IMG/VR virus record: IMGVR_UViG_3300016644_000021
Span: 1-32,656 of that record
Source of the DNA: a virus
Lineage: Duplodnaviria; Caudoviricetes
Length of the DNA: 32,656 nucleotides
Strand: one strand, 5' to 3'
Shown in pieces: positions 1 through 9,568 of the stretch (within the stretch, counting starts at the first letter, position 1; each line of letters opens with the position of its first letter). The notes beneath the pieces are model-generated. The model was not told where the DNA came from. It did not search any database and saw only the letters and a list, made by a program, of their open reading frames with translations. The position numbers were made by a program, and so were the translations under genes.

Positions 1-1
1 G

Positions 2-1468
2 AGTCTGGGTGGCACATTCAACATCTTCGACCAGGCCGTTCGCAAGGCGCGTGCGTTTGAGGTCTCTGCGAGCTTTGAGGCCGAGGCACGCAATGAGCTG
101 GCCACCATGCTGACTGCCATTGAGCAGGGTCAGGCCACGACTGAGCAGGTGCAGGGCAAGATCGCCACCATGATGACCGGCTACGGCAAGAGCCTGGCCC
201 AGGTTGACCCAGAGGCCTCGCTGAAGTTCCGCGCCACCATCGCCACTGCTGGCAACACTGTGCTGGCCAAGGCTGCAGAGGCCGAGCTCAAGCGCGCCAA
301 GCAGCAGAAGCTGATCAAGTTCGACCAGGACTTCGACGCCAGCGTGCGCCTGCTTGAGGCCGCTGTGTCGCAGGGCTTCTGGGTTGACCCAAAAACAGGC
401 ACAAAGCGCAGCGTGGACGACCTGGCTGATGTGTACCGTCAGACCATCTCGACCAGCGCTCTGCTGCTGGGTGACGCCACGACGCAGAAGACCTACAGCG
501 ACAAATTTGAGGCTGCCCTGAAAAACGCCAAGATCGGAGCTGTGTCATCCTTCGTGACCGCGCCCGAGTTCTCGGCTGACCCAGAGGCTGGCCTGGCCAT
601 GATCCGCGCTGGCAACGTGGGCAAGATGTCCGACGTTTACAAGGCCATGCCGTTTGATGACCAGGCCAAAGTCATGGCCAACTACATGGTGGCCATCAAC
701 CAGCGCGAGACTGTGACCAAGCAAAAGCAGGCCGCGGCCAAGCGCGAGGGCGAGATCCAGCTGGCCACGCTAATGCAGGAGATGTACACCGCGCCCGCTG
801 GCTCGCCTGCCCAGCGTGCTGCCCAGAGCAAGATCGTTGGCCTGGCACAGGCAGTGCCTGGCGTGGTGACCGACGCCACGCTCAAGGACATCCTGCAGCC
901 AAAGCAGCCCAAGAGCGACCCCATGGTGGAGTTCAATGTGGTGCGCGGCATTCTGGACGGCACCATCACGACGGCAGATCAGGTGCTCGGCTATGTCGGC
1001 AAGGGCCTGACTGGCAATGACGCCGTTGGCGCGCTCAAGCTGATCAACAGCGAAAACCGCCGCGACCAGTCTGAGATTGAGCGAGGCATCAACCGCCTGG
1101 CTGGCATCAACCAGACCGGCGGCATCGTGGTCATTGACAAAAATGCCATGGAGTTCGCCAACCGCCAGACGCTCAAGGCGCAGTCGCTGGACATCGAGGC
1201 CCGCCTGCTGCGCGAGGGCAAGCAGCCGACGCCTGCCATGGTCATTGGCGAGCTGGAGAAGTTCGTGTCTGAACGCCGCAACAGCGAGACCGCCAAGCAG
1301 GCCGCTGACGCCCTGAAGGTCTATGAGAAAAAGGACTGGATCAACGGCCCGGTGACCATGGACTCGCTGCCAGCGCTGGAGCGCAAAGCAGGCAGTGACC
1401 GCACCAGGCAAAATGATGTCAAGCGCATCCGCAGCCTGCTGCAACAGGCCAACGGGATGACGCAGTAA
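2..1468 (+). CDS. Internal virion / ejection protein (T7 gp15-like position), 5'-truncated
   Basis: Frame is open from base 2 (SLGGTFNIFDQAVRKARAFE...) through the 107..1468 ORF. Helical and Ala/Gln/Lys-rich. In circular gene order it follows tail tubular B and the gp14-like gene. The N-terminus is probably at 32518. Confidence 0.7.
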   Translation, partial: SLGGTFNIFDQAVRKARAFEVSASFEAEARNELATMLTAIEQGQATTEQVQGKIATMMTGYGKSLAQVDPEASLKFRATIATAGNTVLAKAAEAELKRAKQQKLIKFDQDFDASVRLLEAAVSQGFWVDPKTGTKRSVDDLADVYRQTISTSALLLGDATTQKTYSDKFEAALKNAKIGAVSSFVTAPEFSADPEAGLAMIRAGNVGKMSDVYKAMPFDDQAKVMANYMVAINQRETVTKQKQAAAKREGEIQLATLMQEMYTAPAGSPAQRAAQSKIVGLAQAVPGVVTDATLKDILQPKQPKSDPMVEFNVVRGILDGTITTADQVLGYVGKGLTGNDAVGALKLINSENRRDQSEIERGINRLAGINQTGGIVVIDKNAMEFANRQTLKAQSLDIEARLLREGKQPTPAMVIGELEKFVSERRNSETAKQAADALKVYEKKDWINGPVTMDSLPALERKAGSDRTRQNDVKRIRSLLQQANGMTQ

Positions 1469-1479
1469 GGAAGCACGCC

Positions 1480-2934
1480 ATGGCACTGAGCCCCATCGAA
1501 GACCGCTATCTGTCAGCCCTGACGGCTGCGCAGTTTCCTGACATGCCTGCCGCTGAACCCGCCATGCCGGTGGAGCCCGGTGCCATGGAGTCCAGCGTGG
1601 ACGGCATGGTCCTGGCCGCGGGCCCGTCGCAGACGGTCTCTGACGCTGGCGCTGGCCGTGGCTCTTATGCTGGCTTTGATGTGCGCCAGGACGTGGCCAA
1701 CAAGGGCACGCAGCCAGAGATGCGTGCGTATGACCCGACCACTCGCGAGCGCATCGCCAGTTTCCTGCAGGCTGGCTTTGAGGGCCTGGGCATGGACCGC
1801 TACAAAGCCCGCAAGAACGCGCAGACGCTGATCGGCGGACCGAGCAGCAACCTGCCTCTGGACCTGGGCCTGGCTGACATCGTGCCGCTCCTGGGCACTG
1901 GCCTGCAGACTGAAGAGGCCGCGCGCATGGGCGGCCAGGCAGTCGAGTCTGCCAAGGCTGGCCAGCTCGGCACAGCTGCCCTGCAGGCTGGTGGCGCTGC
2001 CATCGGCTTGGTGCCTGGCGCGGCTGGCACGGTCAAGACTGCCATGGCCGTGGGCCGCGCTGGCGAGCGCCTGGCCGAGAAGACTGTGCCAGAGATCATG
2101 GCCAAGGGCGGCACCATGGCCGAGCTGCTGCAGGCGCTGTCGCAGGGTTCGCGCAGCCAGCTCACTGCCTTTCACGGCACGCCGCACACGGTTGACAAGT
2201 TTGACTCCAAGAAGATCGGCACTGGCGAGGGCAATCAGACATACGGATATGGGCTGTACTTTGCCGAGAACCCTGATGTCGCCAAGAGCTACATGGCTGT
2301 CAGCCCATCTGTGATGCCGCCTCCGATCAGGACATTCAAGGGCGCAGAGCTAGAGCCTGGCTCGCCTGAGTATCACGCTGCCAGTTTGCTGGATGGCATG
2401 AGTCTGGCGCAGGCCCGCAAGACGGTGGCTGGCTGGCTTGAGAACCCTGACCCGCGCATGACACGCGAGGCCGAAGGCTGGCGCAAGACGCTGGAAACGC
2501 TGAACGCTGCGACCTCAAAAGCCGACTTCAAGCAGAAGGCCAACAAGGGCAACCTCTACACCGTGGACATCCCCGATGAGATGGTCAGCAAGATGCTGGA
2601 CTTCGACGCCCCATTCAACAAGCAGCCTAAGTCGGTGCAGGAAGCCATCAAGGCGTCCGGCATTCTCAAGGAATACAAGGCCAACCTGTCCGACTTCTCA
2701 TCGCCCATGATGACAAGGAACAAGAACATGCGTGGCGAGAACATCATGCAGTTCCTTGAATTCAAGCTCGGAGGGCCAGAGCAAGTGGCTGCAAGGCTGC
2801 AGGAGCTTGGCATCCCCGGTGTGCGCTATCTCGACGCAGGCAGCCGTGACGCTGGCAAAGGCTCGCGGAATATCGTCGTGTTCCCAGGTGGTGAAGACCA
2901 AGTGAAAATCCTGAAGCAAGAAGGGAAAAAGTAA
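1480..2934 (+). CDS. Putative ejected effector: internal virion protein with C-terminal ADP-ribosyltransferase-like (ART-PolyVal) domain
   Basis: RBS-like AAGGAAG upstream. The C-terminal part (2161-2934) has AFHGTPH..FD..KIGTGEG.Q.YG.GLYFAE, GNLYTVDIPD, GIPGVRYLD and RNIVVF, motifs of the ART domain of phage polyvalent proteins. Lies between two ejection-type genes. Confidence 0.7.
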   Translation: MALSPIEDRYLSALTAAQFPDMPAAEPAMPVEPGAMESSVDGMVLAAGPSQTVSDAGAGRGSYAGFDVRQDVANKGTQPEMRAYDPTTRERIASFLQAGFEGLGMDRYKARKNAQTLIGGPSSNLPLDLGLADIVPLLGTGLQTEEAARMGGQAVESAKAGQLGTAALQAGGAAIGLVPGAAGTVKTAMAVGRAGERLAEKTVPEIMAKGGTMAELLQALSQGSRSQLTAFHGTPHTVDKFDSKKIGTGEGNQTYGYGLYFAENPDVAKSYMAVSPSVMPPPIRTFKGAELEPGSPEYHAASLLDGMSLAQARKTVAGWLENPDPRMTREAEGWRKTLETLNAATSKADFKQKANKGNLYTVDIPDEMVSKMLDFDAPFNKQPKSVQEAIKASGILKEYKANLSDFSSPMMTRNKNMRGENIMQFLEFKLGGPEQVAARLQELGIPGVRYLDAGSRDAGKGSRNIVVFPGGEDQVKILKQEGKK

Positions 2935-5796
2935 ATGGCCATCCAACCACTTGAGCAACGCCTGAGCAGCATCCTGCCCGCTGCCGAAGCCGCAGCCCCT
3001 GCTGCTGACATTCCGCTGGAGCCGATGCCTGCCGAGGGCGTGGTGGACACGTCCGAGCCCGTGACCGTCGAGCCCGGCACGCCGAGCATGGACGAGGGCG
3101 TCGAGGTCGCTGGCCCCATTGACGCTGCCCTGCGCAAGCTGGTGACCAAGCGCGCAGCCCAGGCCGAACGCCAGCTGCTGCCGACGACTCCTGTGGGCGA
3201 GCTGCCAGAGGCCGCCAAGGCTGGCCGGTTCAAGGTCATCCCTGAAGCTGACGCGCAACTGACAGATGCCGTGCAGTCGGCTGCCGCCATTCGCCGGGTG
3301 TCTGGCCAGACCACTGGCAAGCCCAGCCCGAGCCAGGCCGAGATTGAGGCTGGCATCCCTGTCGAGCCCTTCAACCTGTCGCGCTACCAGACCGAGGATG
3401 CTGCTGCCCTGGTGGGTGGTGTGGCCGACGCCCTGGGCATCAAGACGAAGGCTGTGACCTTCGACGAGATCAAGGCCAAGGCCACTGAGAACGGCATCTC
3501 TGAGGCCTTCCTGAGCCGTCTGGTGGGCAACGATGGCCGCATGATGGCCAACGCCGTCGAGACCTACAAAGCGCTGGAGGTGCTGGAGTCCAGCGCCAAC
3601 GAGCTGACCCGCCTGTTCAAGATGGTGGACGAGGGCGTGGCCACCGACGCTGACAAGCTCAAGCTGCGCCAGCAGATCGCCTTCCATGGAATGATTCAGA
3701 AGGGCGTCAAAGGCATGCAGACCGAGACTGCCCGCGCCCTAGCCGTGTTCCGCATCCCCCGCGAGGGAGACGCTGCCATCATCCGCCAGGTGCTGGACCA
3801 GTACGGTGGCGATGCCGCCCTGCAGGACATGGCCCGCAGCTACCTGACGCTGGAGTCGCGCGCGGCCCAGAACGCCCTGGTTGAGAAGTCCATGATGTCT
3901 GGCGTCAAGGACGTCTGGTTTTCGACCTACATCAACGGCCTGCTGTCCTCGCCGGTATCGCATGCCAAGAACATCATCGGCAACAGCCTGTTTGGCCTGT
4001 ATCAGATCCCTGAGCGCCTGGTCGCTGCCTTCTACGGCAACGTGCTGCCCAACGGCGTGCGCAGCTGGAAGTCGCTGGTGCCCGGCTCTGCCGAGGACAA
4101 GATCGCCTATGACGAAGCGCTGACCATGGTGCAGTCGCTGCGCAACGGGATCACTGAGGGCCTGCAGCTGGCCAGCACCGCTTGGAAGACCCGCACGCCC
4201 AGCGACATGCTGTCCAAGATCGAAGAGCAGCGCGGCCTGCAGGAAAGCCTTGGCGAGAGTCTGCAGCGCATGACTGGCCAGGGTCCTGAGACCTGGCTGG
4301 GCAAGGGGCTGGACTACTACGGCACCGCCATCACCGTGCCTGGCCGCGCGCTGATGACTCAGGACGAGTTCTTCAAAGGCGTGTTCTATCGCATGGAGAT
4401 GAACGCCCAGGTGACCCGTCGCAGCAAGGCCGTGTACCGCGAGTCGCTGGACGCTGGCATGAGCGAGTCCGAGGCTGCTGCCAAGGCCATGCTGGAGGCA
4501 GAGAATCTGCTGGCCAACCCGCCCGCGGACCTGGACCAGCTGGCCATGAATTACGCCCAGAAGGGCACATTCACGGCTGACCTGCCGCCTGCCCTGAAAA
4601 ACCTGCAGGACGTGTTCAACCACCCCGCCCTCAAGGTGGTGGTGCCGTTCTTCAAGACCCCGGCCAACATCGGCCTGCAGGTCATTGAGCGCACCCCGTT
4701 CGCCCCGCTGTCTTCGCAGTGGCGCGAAGAGGTGGCCAAGGGCGGCATCTACCGCGACATGGCCCTGGCCAAGGTGACCATGGGCTCGGCCATCCTGGCG
4801 ACCTTTGCTGCGGCCTCAAGCGAGGGTGTCATCACCGGGCGCGGCCCATCCCGCAAGGCTGACCGCGAGGCTGCCATGCGCGACGGCTGGATGCCGTACA
4901 GCATCAAGGTCGGCGACCAGTGGGTCAGCTACCAGGGCATGGAGCCGATCTCCGCGCTGCTGGCCATCGCCGCCGACTATGCCGAATATGCCCAGCATGA
5001 GCCCGACGCTGGCAAGGTCGAAGAGGTGTTCCTGGGCGCGACCTATGGCCTCTATGAGTACCTCAAGGAACAGCCCTATCTGCAGGGCGTGGCCGATGTC
5101 TCGCGCCTGATTGGCAGCAACCAGATGGGCGAGGTGGACGGCAAGAAAATCGTGGACGGCCTGGTCAAGCAGTTCGGCGGCTTCGTCATCGGCGGCTCGC
5201 CTGCCGGTGCGTACAGCTCGCTGATCGCTGGCATTGAGCGCCTGAGCGACCCGACCAACCGCGACACACGCGCCAGCCCAGACCTGCCCATGGGCGTGCG
5301 CGGTTTCGTGGAGGCATTCAACCGCTACAAGTCGCGTCTGCCGTATTTCAACGACATGCTGCCCGAGCAGCTCAACCTATGGGGCGACCCGATCAAGTCT
5401 GGTCAGGGTAAACCCTATGAGTTGGTGCTGCCGACCCGGGTGAGCCCGGTGCAGTTCAGCGAGGTTGATGACGCCCTGGTGCGGCTGGGCTCCCCCGTCG
5501 GAATGCCTGAGCGCAAGATCGACGGCGTGGAGCTGGATGCCTACCAATACAACCGGCTGCTGACCATCTACGGCAAGGAGCTGCCCAGCAAGCAGGAGAT
5601 CCTGGGCGTCATGCGCACGCCAGGCTTTGACCTGCTCAACCTGGACGACCAGCAAAAGACAGTGCAGCGCGTGCATTCGCGCTTCATGGACATCGCCAAA
5701 AAGACGCTCATCTCTGAGGACCTGACGCTGCAGGCCAAGATCGGTGAGATGTCAGAAGCGCGTAAGGCCCAGGGCCTGTTTTACAAACCCGACTGA
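2935..5796 (+). CDS. Large internal virion / ejection protein (T7 gp16-like position)
   Basis: 953 aa, directly before the tail fibre. Motifs INGLLSSP.SH..NI.GN, VPFFKTPANI and PYSIKVGDQWVSY..MEP are typical of large podoviral ejection proteins. Confidence 0.75.
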   Translation: MAIQPLEQRLSSILPAAEAAAPAADIPLEPMPAEGVVDTSEPVTVEPGTPSMDEGVEVAGPIDAALRKLVTKRAAQAERQLLPTTPVGELPEAAKAGRFKVIPEADAQLTDAVQSAAAIRRVSGQTTGKPSPSQAEIEAGIPVEPFNLSRYQTEDAAALVGGVADALGIKTKAVTFDEIKAKATENGISEAFLSRLVGNDGRMMANAVETYKALEVLESSANELTRLFKMVDEGVATDADKLKLRQQIAFHGMIQKGVKGMQTETARALAVFRIPREGDAAIIRQVLDQYGGDAALQDMARSYLTLESRAAQNALVEKSMMSGVKDVWFSTYINGLLSSPVSHAKNIIGNSLFGLYQIPERLVAAFYGNVLPNGVRSWKSLVPGSAEDKIAYDEALTMVQSLRNGITEGLQLASTAWKTRTPSDMLSKIEEQRGLQESLGESLQRMTGQGPETWLGKGLDYYGTAITVPGRALMTQDEFFKGVFYRMEMNAQVTRRSKAVYRESLDAGMSESEAAAKAMLEAENLLANPPADLDQLAMNYAQKGTFTADLPPALKNLQDVFNHPALKVVVPFFKTPANIGLQVIERTPFAPLSSQWREEVAKGGIYRDMALAKVTMGSAILATFAAASSEGVITGRGPSRKADREAAMRDGWMPYSIKVGDQWVSYQGMEPISALLAIAADYAEYAQHEPDAGKVEEVFLGATYGLYEYLKEQPYLQGVADVSRLIGSNQMGEVDGKKIVDGLVKQFGGFVIGGSPAGAYSSLIAGIERLSDPTNRDTRASPDLPMGVRGFVEAFNRYKSRLPYFNDMLPEQLNLWGDPIKSGQGKPYELVLPTRVSPVQFSEVDDALVRLGSPVGMPERKIDGVELDAYQYNRLLTIYGKELPSKQEILGVMRTPGFDLLNLDDQQKTVQRVHSRFMDIAKKTLISEDLTLQAKIGEMSEARKAQGLFYKPD

Positions 5797-5829
5797 CTCA
5801 ATACAATCGCCAAAAGGACGGATTAAGCC

Positions 5830-8292
5830 ATGGGCATCCCAATTTCCAATGTGACCCGCCGTGTAGTGTATGCAGCCAGCGGCACCGGCCCGTACAACTT
5901 CACCTTTGAGATCCTGGCCGCAGGGGATGTGGCCGTTTACAAGGACGATGTGCTGCTGACGCTGACCACCGATTACACGGTGACGATCAACGCCAACGGC
6001 ACGGGTTACATCACGCTGACGGCATCGCCCACTGGTGCCACGCAGATCGCCATCGTCGGCAATCGGACCATTCAGCGCACCACCGACTTCGTGACGGGCG
6101 GCGATTTCTTTGCCAACACCGTCAACGATGAGATGGACCAGCAGACCATCTTCGCCCAGCAGAACGCCGAGGCCATTGACCGTGCGCTCAAGGCACCGCA
6201 GACAGACCCGACCAACATCAACATGACGCTGCCGCGCGCCTCCCTGCGCGCTGGCAAGACGCTCGCATTCGACGCCCAGGGCAACCCGTCGCTGGGCGAC
6301 ACGCTTGGCACCAACCGTGGCAACTGGGCTGCTGGCACGCTGTATTACGTCCGCGACATTGTGAAGGACACCACGACCAGCGACATCTGGCAGTGCGTGA
6401 CGCAGCACACTTCGTCTGGCTCGCAGCCGATCAGCACCAATGCCGACGCTGCCAAGTGGTTCCTGCTGGTGGACGCTGCAGCTGCTGACGCATCGGCCAC
6501 TGCCGCTGCTGCCTCTGCCTCGGCTGCCGCCACATCGGCCAGCGACGCCGCTACCTCGGCCAGCAACGCTGCGAGCTCTGCCAGCACTGCCAGCACGCAG
6601 GCCAGCAACGCCAGCACATCGGCGACCAACGCTGCCAACTCGGCAACGGCTGCGGCTTCGTCGGCTTCCACCGCCAGCACCCAGGCGAGCAATGCCGCCA
6701 CGTCGGCCACGAACGCTGCCAACAGTGCGACAAGCGCCAGCAACAGCGCGAGCTCGGCCAGCACGCAGGCGACCAACGCCAGCAACTCGGCCACCAGCGC
6801 TGCCACCAGCGCCAGCCAGGCCAGCACCTCTGCAAGCAATGCGGCCAGCAGCGCTTCGACGGCCACGACCCAGGCCAGCAACGCAGCGACAAGCGCAACA
6901 AACGCAGCGAACAGCGCAACCGCATCGGCCAGCTCTGCCACCAACTCGGCCAACAGCGCCACGGCATCTGCCAACAGCGCAACCGCAGCCGCTGGCTCGG
7001 CCACTTCGGCAGCCGCATCGGCAGCTGCAGCCGCTGCCAGCCTGGACAACTTTGACGACCGCTACCTGGGTGCCAAGGCCAGCAACCCGACCGTGGACAA
7101 CGACGGCGACCCGCTGGTGACTGGTGCGCTGTACTACCGCACGACCGCGCCGATCGGCATGAAGGTCTGGGACGGCTCGCAGTGGCTCGAGGCTTCTGCT
7201 GCCCAGCAGGCCAGCCTGGTGACCTATGAGTACGTGGCCACCGCTGGCCAGACCACCTTCTCTGGCGCTGACGCCAACGCCGTGACCCTGAGCTACACGG
7301 TCGGCAATGTGTTCGTGTCTGTGAACGGCGTGCGCCTGCGGCCTGGTGATGACTTCACCGCGAGCACTGGCACCAGCGTGGTGTTGGCGGCTGCTGCAGC
7401 TGCTGGCGATGAGGTTGTCATTGACGCCTTCCGCACCTTTGATGTGGCCAACACATACACGCAGACGCAATCTGATTCGCGTTTTGTGCGCACAGACGGC
7501 GGCAATGGCGTGACCCTTGCGTCAGGCAACCTCGGCCTCGGGGTGACTCCGAGTGCGTGGAGTGGGTTCAAGGCTTTCCAGACTGCGCGGTCTTCCTTTA
7601 CTGGGTTCACTTCAGACACTTATCTGGGCCACAACTGGTATTGGAGCGGCACTGCCGACACCTACATTGCAAACGACTACGCAACCAGATACCAGCAATC
7701 AAGTGGGCAGCACCGCTGGTGGACAGCCCCCTCCGGCACAGCAGGCAACGCCATCAGCTTTACTCAGGCGATGACGCTCGACTCCAGCGGTAACTTGCTG
7801 GTGGGGCGTACAGGCCAGATTAACCAAGAGCGTTTTGGCGTAACTACTGCAACTGATATTGCTTGCTCAACTAACAGGGCATCATCTACTGCGTATTACC
7901 CTTGGATTTTTTACAGCAATAGCACAACAGTCGGTTACATTTACAGCACTAGTACAGCAACCACATACGCCACAAGTTCCGACTACCGCCTGAAAGAAAA
8001 CATCAAGCCGATGACTGGTGCGCTGGCAAAGGTCGCAGCACTCAAGCCTTGTACTTACAAGTGGAAAGCAGACGGCTCTGACGGCGAAGGCTTCATTGCT
8101 CACGAATTGGCTGAAGTCGTGCCGCAGTGCGTGACTGGCGAGAAAGACGCTGTGGATGCTGAAGGCAAACCGGTCTACCAAGGCATCGACACCAGCTTCT
8201 TGGTGGCTACTCTGACCGCTGCAATTCAAGAGCAGCAAGCCATCATCGAACAACTCAAGGCCGATGTGGCCGCACTGAAAGGAGCCGCATAA
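5830..8292 (+). CDS. Tail fibre protein with T7 gp17-like N-terminal anchor and C-terminal intramolecular chaperone (peptidase S74)
   Basis: N-terminal YNFTFEIL...DVAVY...DYTV...DFVTGGDFFANTVNDEMD anchor; Ala/Ser/Thr/Asn heptad-repeat shaft; C-terminal TSSDYRLKENI..GFIAHEL.EV.P..V.G autocleavage chaperone. Confidence 0.9.
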   Translation: MGIPISNVTRRVVYAASGTGPYNFTFEILAAGDVAVYKDDVLLTLTTDYTVTINANGTGYITLTASPTGATQIAIVGNRTIQRTTDFVTGGDFFANTVNDEMDQQTIFAQQNAEAIDRALKAPQTDPTNINMTLPRASLRAGKTLAFDAQGNPSLGDTLGTNRGNWAAGTLYYVRDIVKDTTTSDIWQCVTQHTSSGSQPISTNADAAKWFLLVDAAAADASATAAAASASAAATSASDAATSASNAASSASTASTQASNASTSATNAANSATAAASSASTASTQASNAATSATNAANSATSASNSASSASTQATNASNSATSAATSASQASTSASNAASSASTATTQASNAATSATNAANSATASASSATNSANSATASANSATAAAGSATSAAASAAAAAASLDNFDDRYLGAKASNPTVDNDGDPLVTGALYYRTTAPIGMKVWDGSQWLEASAAQQASLVTYEYVATAGQTTFSGADANAVTLSYTVGNVFVSVNGVRLRPGDDFTASTGTSVVLAAAAAAGDEVVIDAFRTFDVANTYTQTQSDSRFVRTDGGNGVTLASGNLGLGVTPSAWSGFKAFQTARSSFTGFTSDTYLGHNWYWSGTADTYIANDYATRYQQSSGQHRWWTAPSGTAGNAISFTQAMTLDSSGNLLVGRTGQINQERFGVTTATDIACSTNRASSTAYYPWIFYSNSTTVGYIYSTSTATTYATSSDYRLKENIKPMTGALAKVAALKPCTYKWKADGSDGEGFIAHELAEVVPQCVTGEKDAVDAEGKPVYQGIDTSFLVATLTAAIQEQQAIIEQLKADVAALKGAA
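6480..7040 (+). repeat. Coding heptad repeats (ASNAATS / ATNAANS / ASTASTQ) forming a coiled-coil fibre shaft
   Basis: Imperfect 21-bp / 7-aa periodic repeats are visible in both the DNA and the translation, similar to lambda Stf-type shafts. Confidence 0.85.
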
Positions 8293-9366
8293 ATGGGACG
8301 CTCAAGAGAATTAGCAGAACTGGCCAGCGCCTATGACGGCGGCTCGCTGAGTTTCCGCAACCGCATTATTAATGGCGACATGCGGATTGACCAGAGGAAC
8401 GCTGGGGCGAGTGTGACGACTTCTGCTGGCGGCAATTTCATCGCCGACCGCTGGAAGGCAATCGCAAACAGTGGTGCAGTTGGTAAGTTTTCGACTCAGC
8501 AAAAGAACGGCGTCGACTCGGGCGCCTCAAACTACGAGTCTGGATCAACCCCGGCCGGTTTCTCAAACAGTTTGAAGGTAACTTCTCTGTCTGCGTATTC
8601 TGTCGCCACCAGCGATTACGAAGGACTGCAATACTACATTGAGGGTTACAACGTAGCAGATTTAGCTTGGGGCACAGCTTCCGCTGCGTCTGTAACGCTT
8701 TCATTTTGGGTTAAGTCATCTCTGACTGGGACGTTCGGTGGCGCGTTTTCTAACTATGCCCAAAATCGTTCCTATCCGTTCACTTACACCATCAACAGTG
8801 CAAACACATGGGAGTTCAAAACCGTAACTGTTGCTGGCGATCAAGGCGGAACATGGGTAAAAGACAACGGCATTGGACTTGAAATCTACTTAGGGTTGGG
8901 TGTTGGCTCAACATACAGCGGAGCCGCAGGTGCTTGGGCTGCTGCCGCATATCTCTCGGCAACGGGAGCAACCAGCGTAGTCGGCACCTCTGGCGCCACC
9001 TTCTACATCACCGGCGTCCAGCTTGAAGCTGGATCAGTTGCCACCCCGTTTGAGCGCAGGGACTACGGGCGTGAGTTGATTATGTGTCAGAGGTATTACT
9101 GGAAGTTCACCATTCCAGCCTTCCGTGGTTACAACGCAAGCAACGGTAACTATCTTAGTTCTCAATTGAAAACTCCGGTGACCATGCGGGCCTCCCCTGC
9201 CGGGACAATTCTTACAAACCCAGCAACAACTGCAAACATCTCTGCGGGCTCAATTGGGTTTGCCGACACTAATCCTGATTTCTTTGCAATTGGTTTTACT
9301 GGAACTGCTACGGCGCAGTGCTTCTATTCTGGCGACGGTGTGGCCCAACTTTCAATAGAGCTTTGA
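8293..9366 (+). CDS. Second tail fibre / receptor-binding protein (carbohydrate-binding-like fold)
   Basis: RNRIINGDMRIDQRNAG ... TLSFWVKSS ... GVQLEAGSVATPFERR..EL..CQRYY motifs typical of phage distal tail proteins. Less GC-biased codon use than the core genes. Confidence 0.8.
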   Translation: MGRSRELAELASAYDGGSLSFRNRIINGDMRIDQRNAGASVTTSAGGNFIADRWKAIANSGAVGKFSTQQKNGVDSGASNYESGSTPAGFSNSLKVTSLSAYSVATSDYEGLQYYIEGYNVADLAWGTASAASVTLSFWVKSSLTGTFGGAFSNYAQNRSYPFTYTINSANTWEFKTVTVAGDQGGTWVKDNGIGLEIYLGLGVGSTYSGAAGAWAAAAYLSATGATSVVGTSGATFYITGVQLEAGSVATPFERRDYGRELIMCQRYYWKFTIPAFRGYNASNGNYLSSQLKTPVTMRASPAGTILTNPATTANISAGSIGFADTNPDFFAIGFTGTATAQCFYSGDGVAQLSIEL

Positions 9367-9367
9367 T

Positions 9368-9568
9368 ATGTACAAAGTATTTGAGCACAACGACAGAGCC
9401 GTTGTTCGCCTGTCCGACAATGCGTTCATCCCCTTCGACCCCGCGAACAGCGATGCCAAGCAATTTGCTAAATGGCTTCAAGAAGGCAACAAGCCAGAGC
9501 CAGCCGAAGAAGGCGGTGTGGTGACGGATAAATGGGTTGCAGAAATCATCGCTAAGTTGCTGCCATGA
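9368..9568 (+). CDS. Small tail-fibre-associated (assembly chaperone-like) protein
   Basis: MYK...VVRLSDNAFIPFDPANSD...WLQEGNKPEPA, a small family that routinely follows this type of tail gene. Confidence 0.7.
   Translation: MYKVFEHNDRAVVRLSDNAFIPFDPANSDAKQFAKWLQEGNKPEPAEEGGVVTDKWVAEIIAKLLP

Noticed and set aside
5752-7470. Long antisense ORFs (e.g. 5752-7470, 21190-22752, 24733-26472, 27677-28843)
   Set aside because: Shadow frames expected opposite high-GC3 genes. They fully overlap well-supported genes and show no recognisable motifs.
5830-9568. Diversity-generating retroelement, suggested by the BPP-1-like head genes
   Set aside because: No reverse transcriptase or Avd ORF, and I saw no TR/VR pair differing at adenines.
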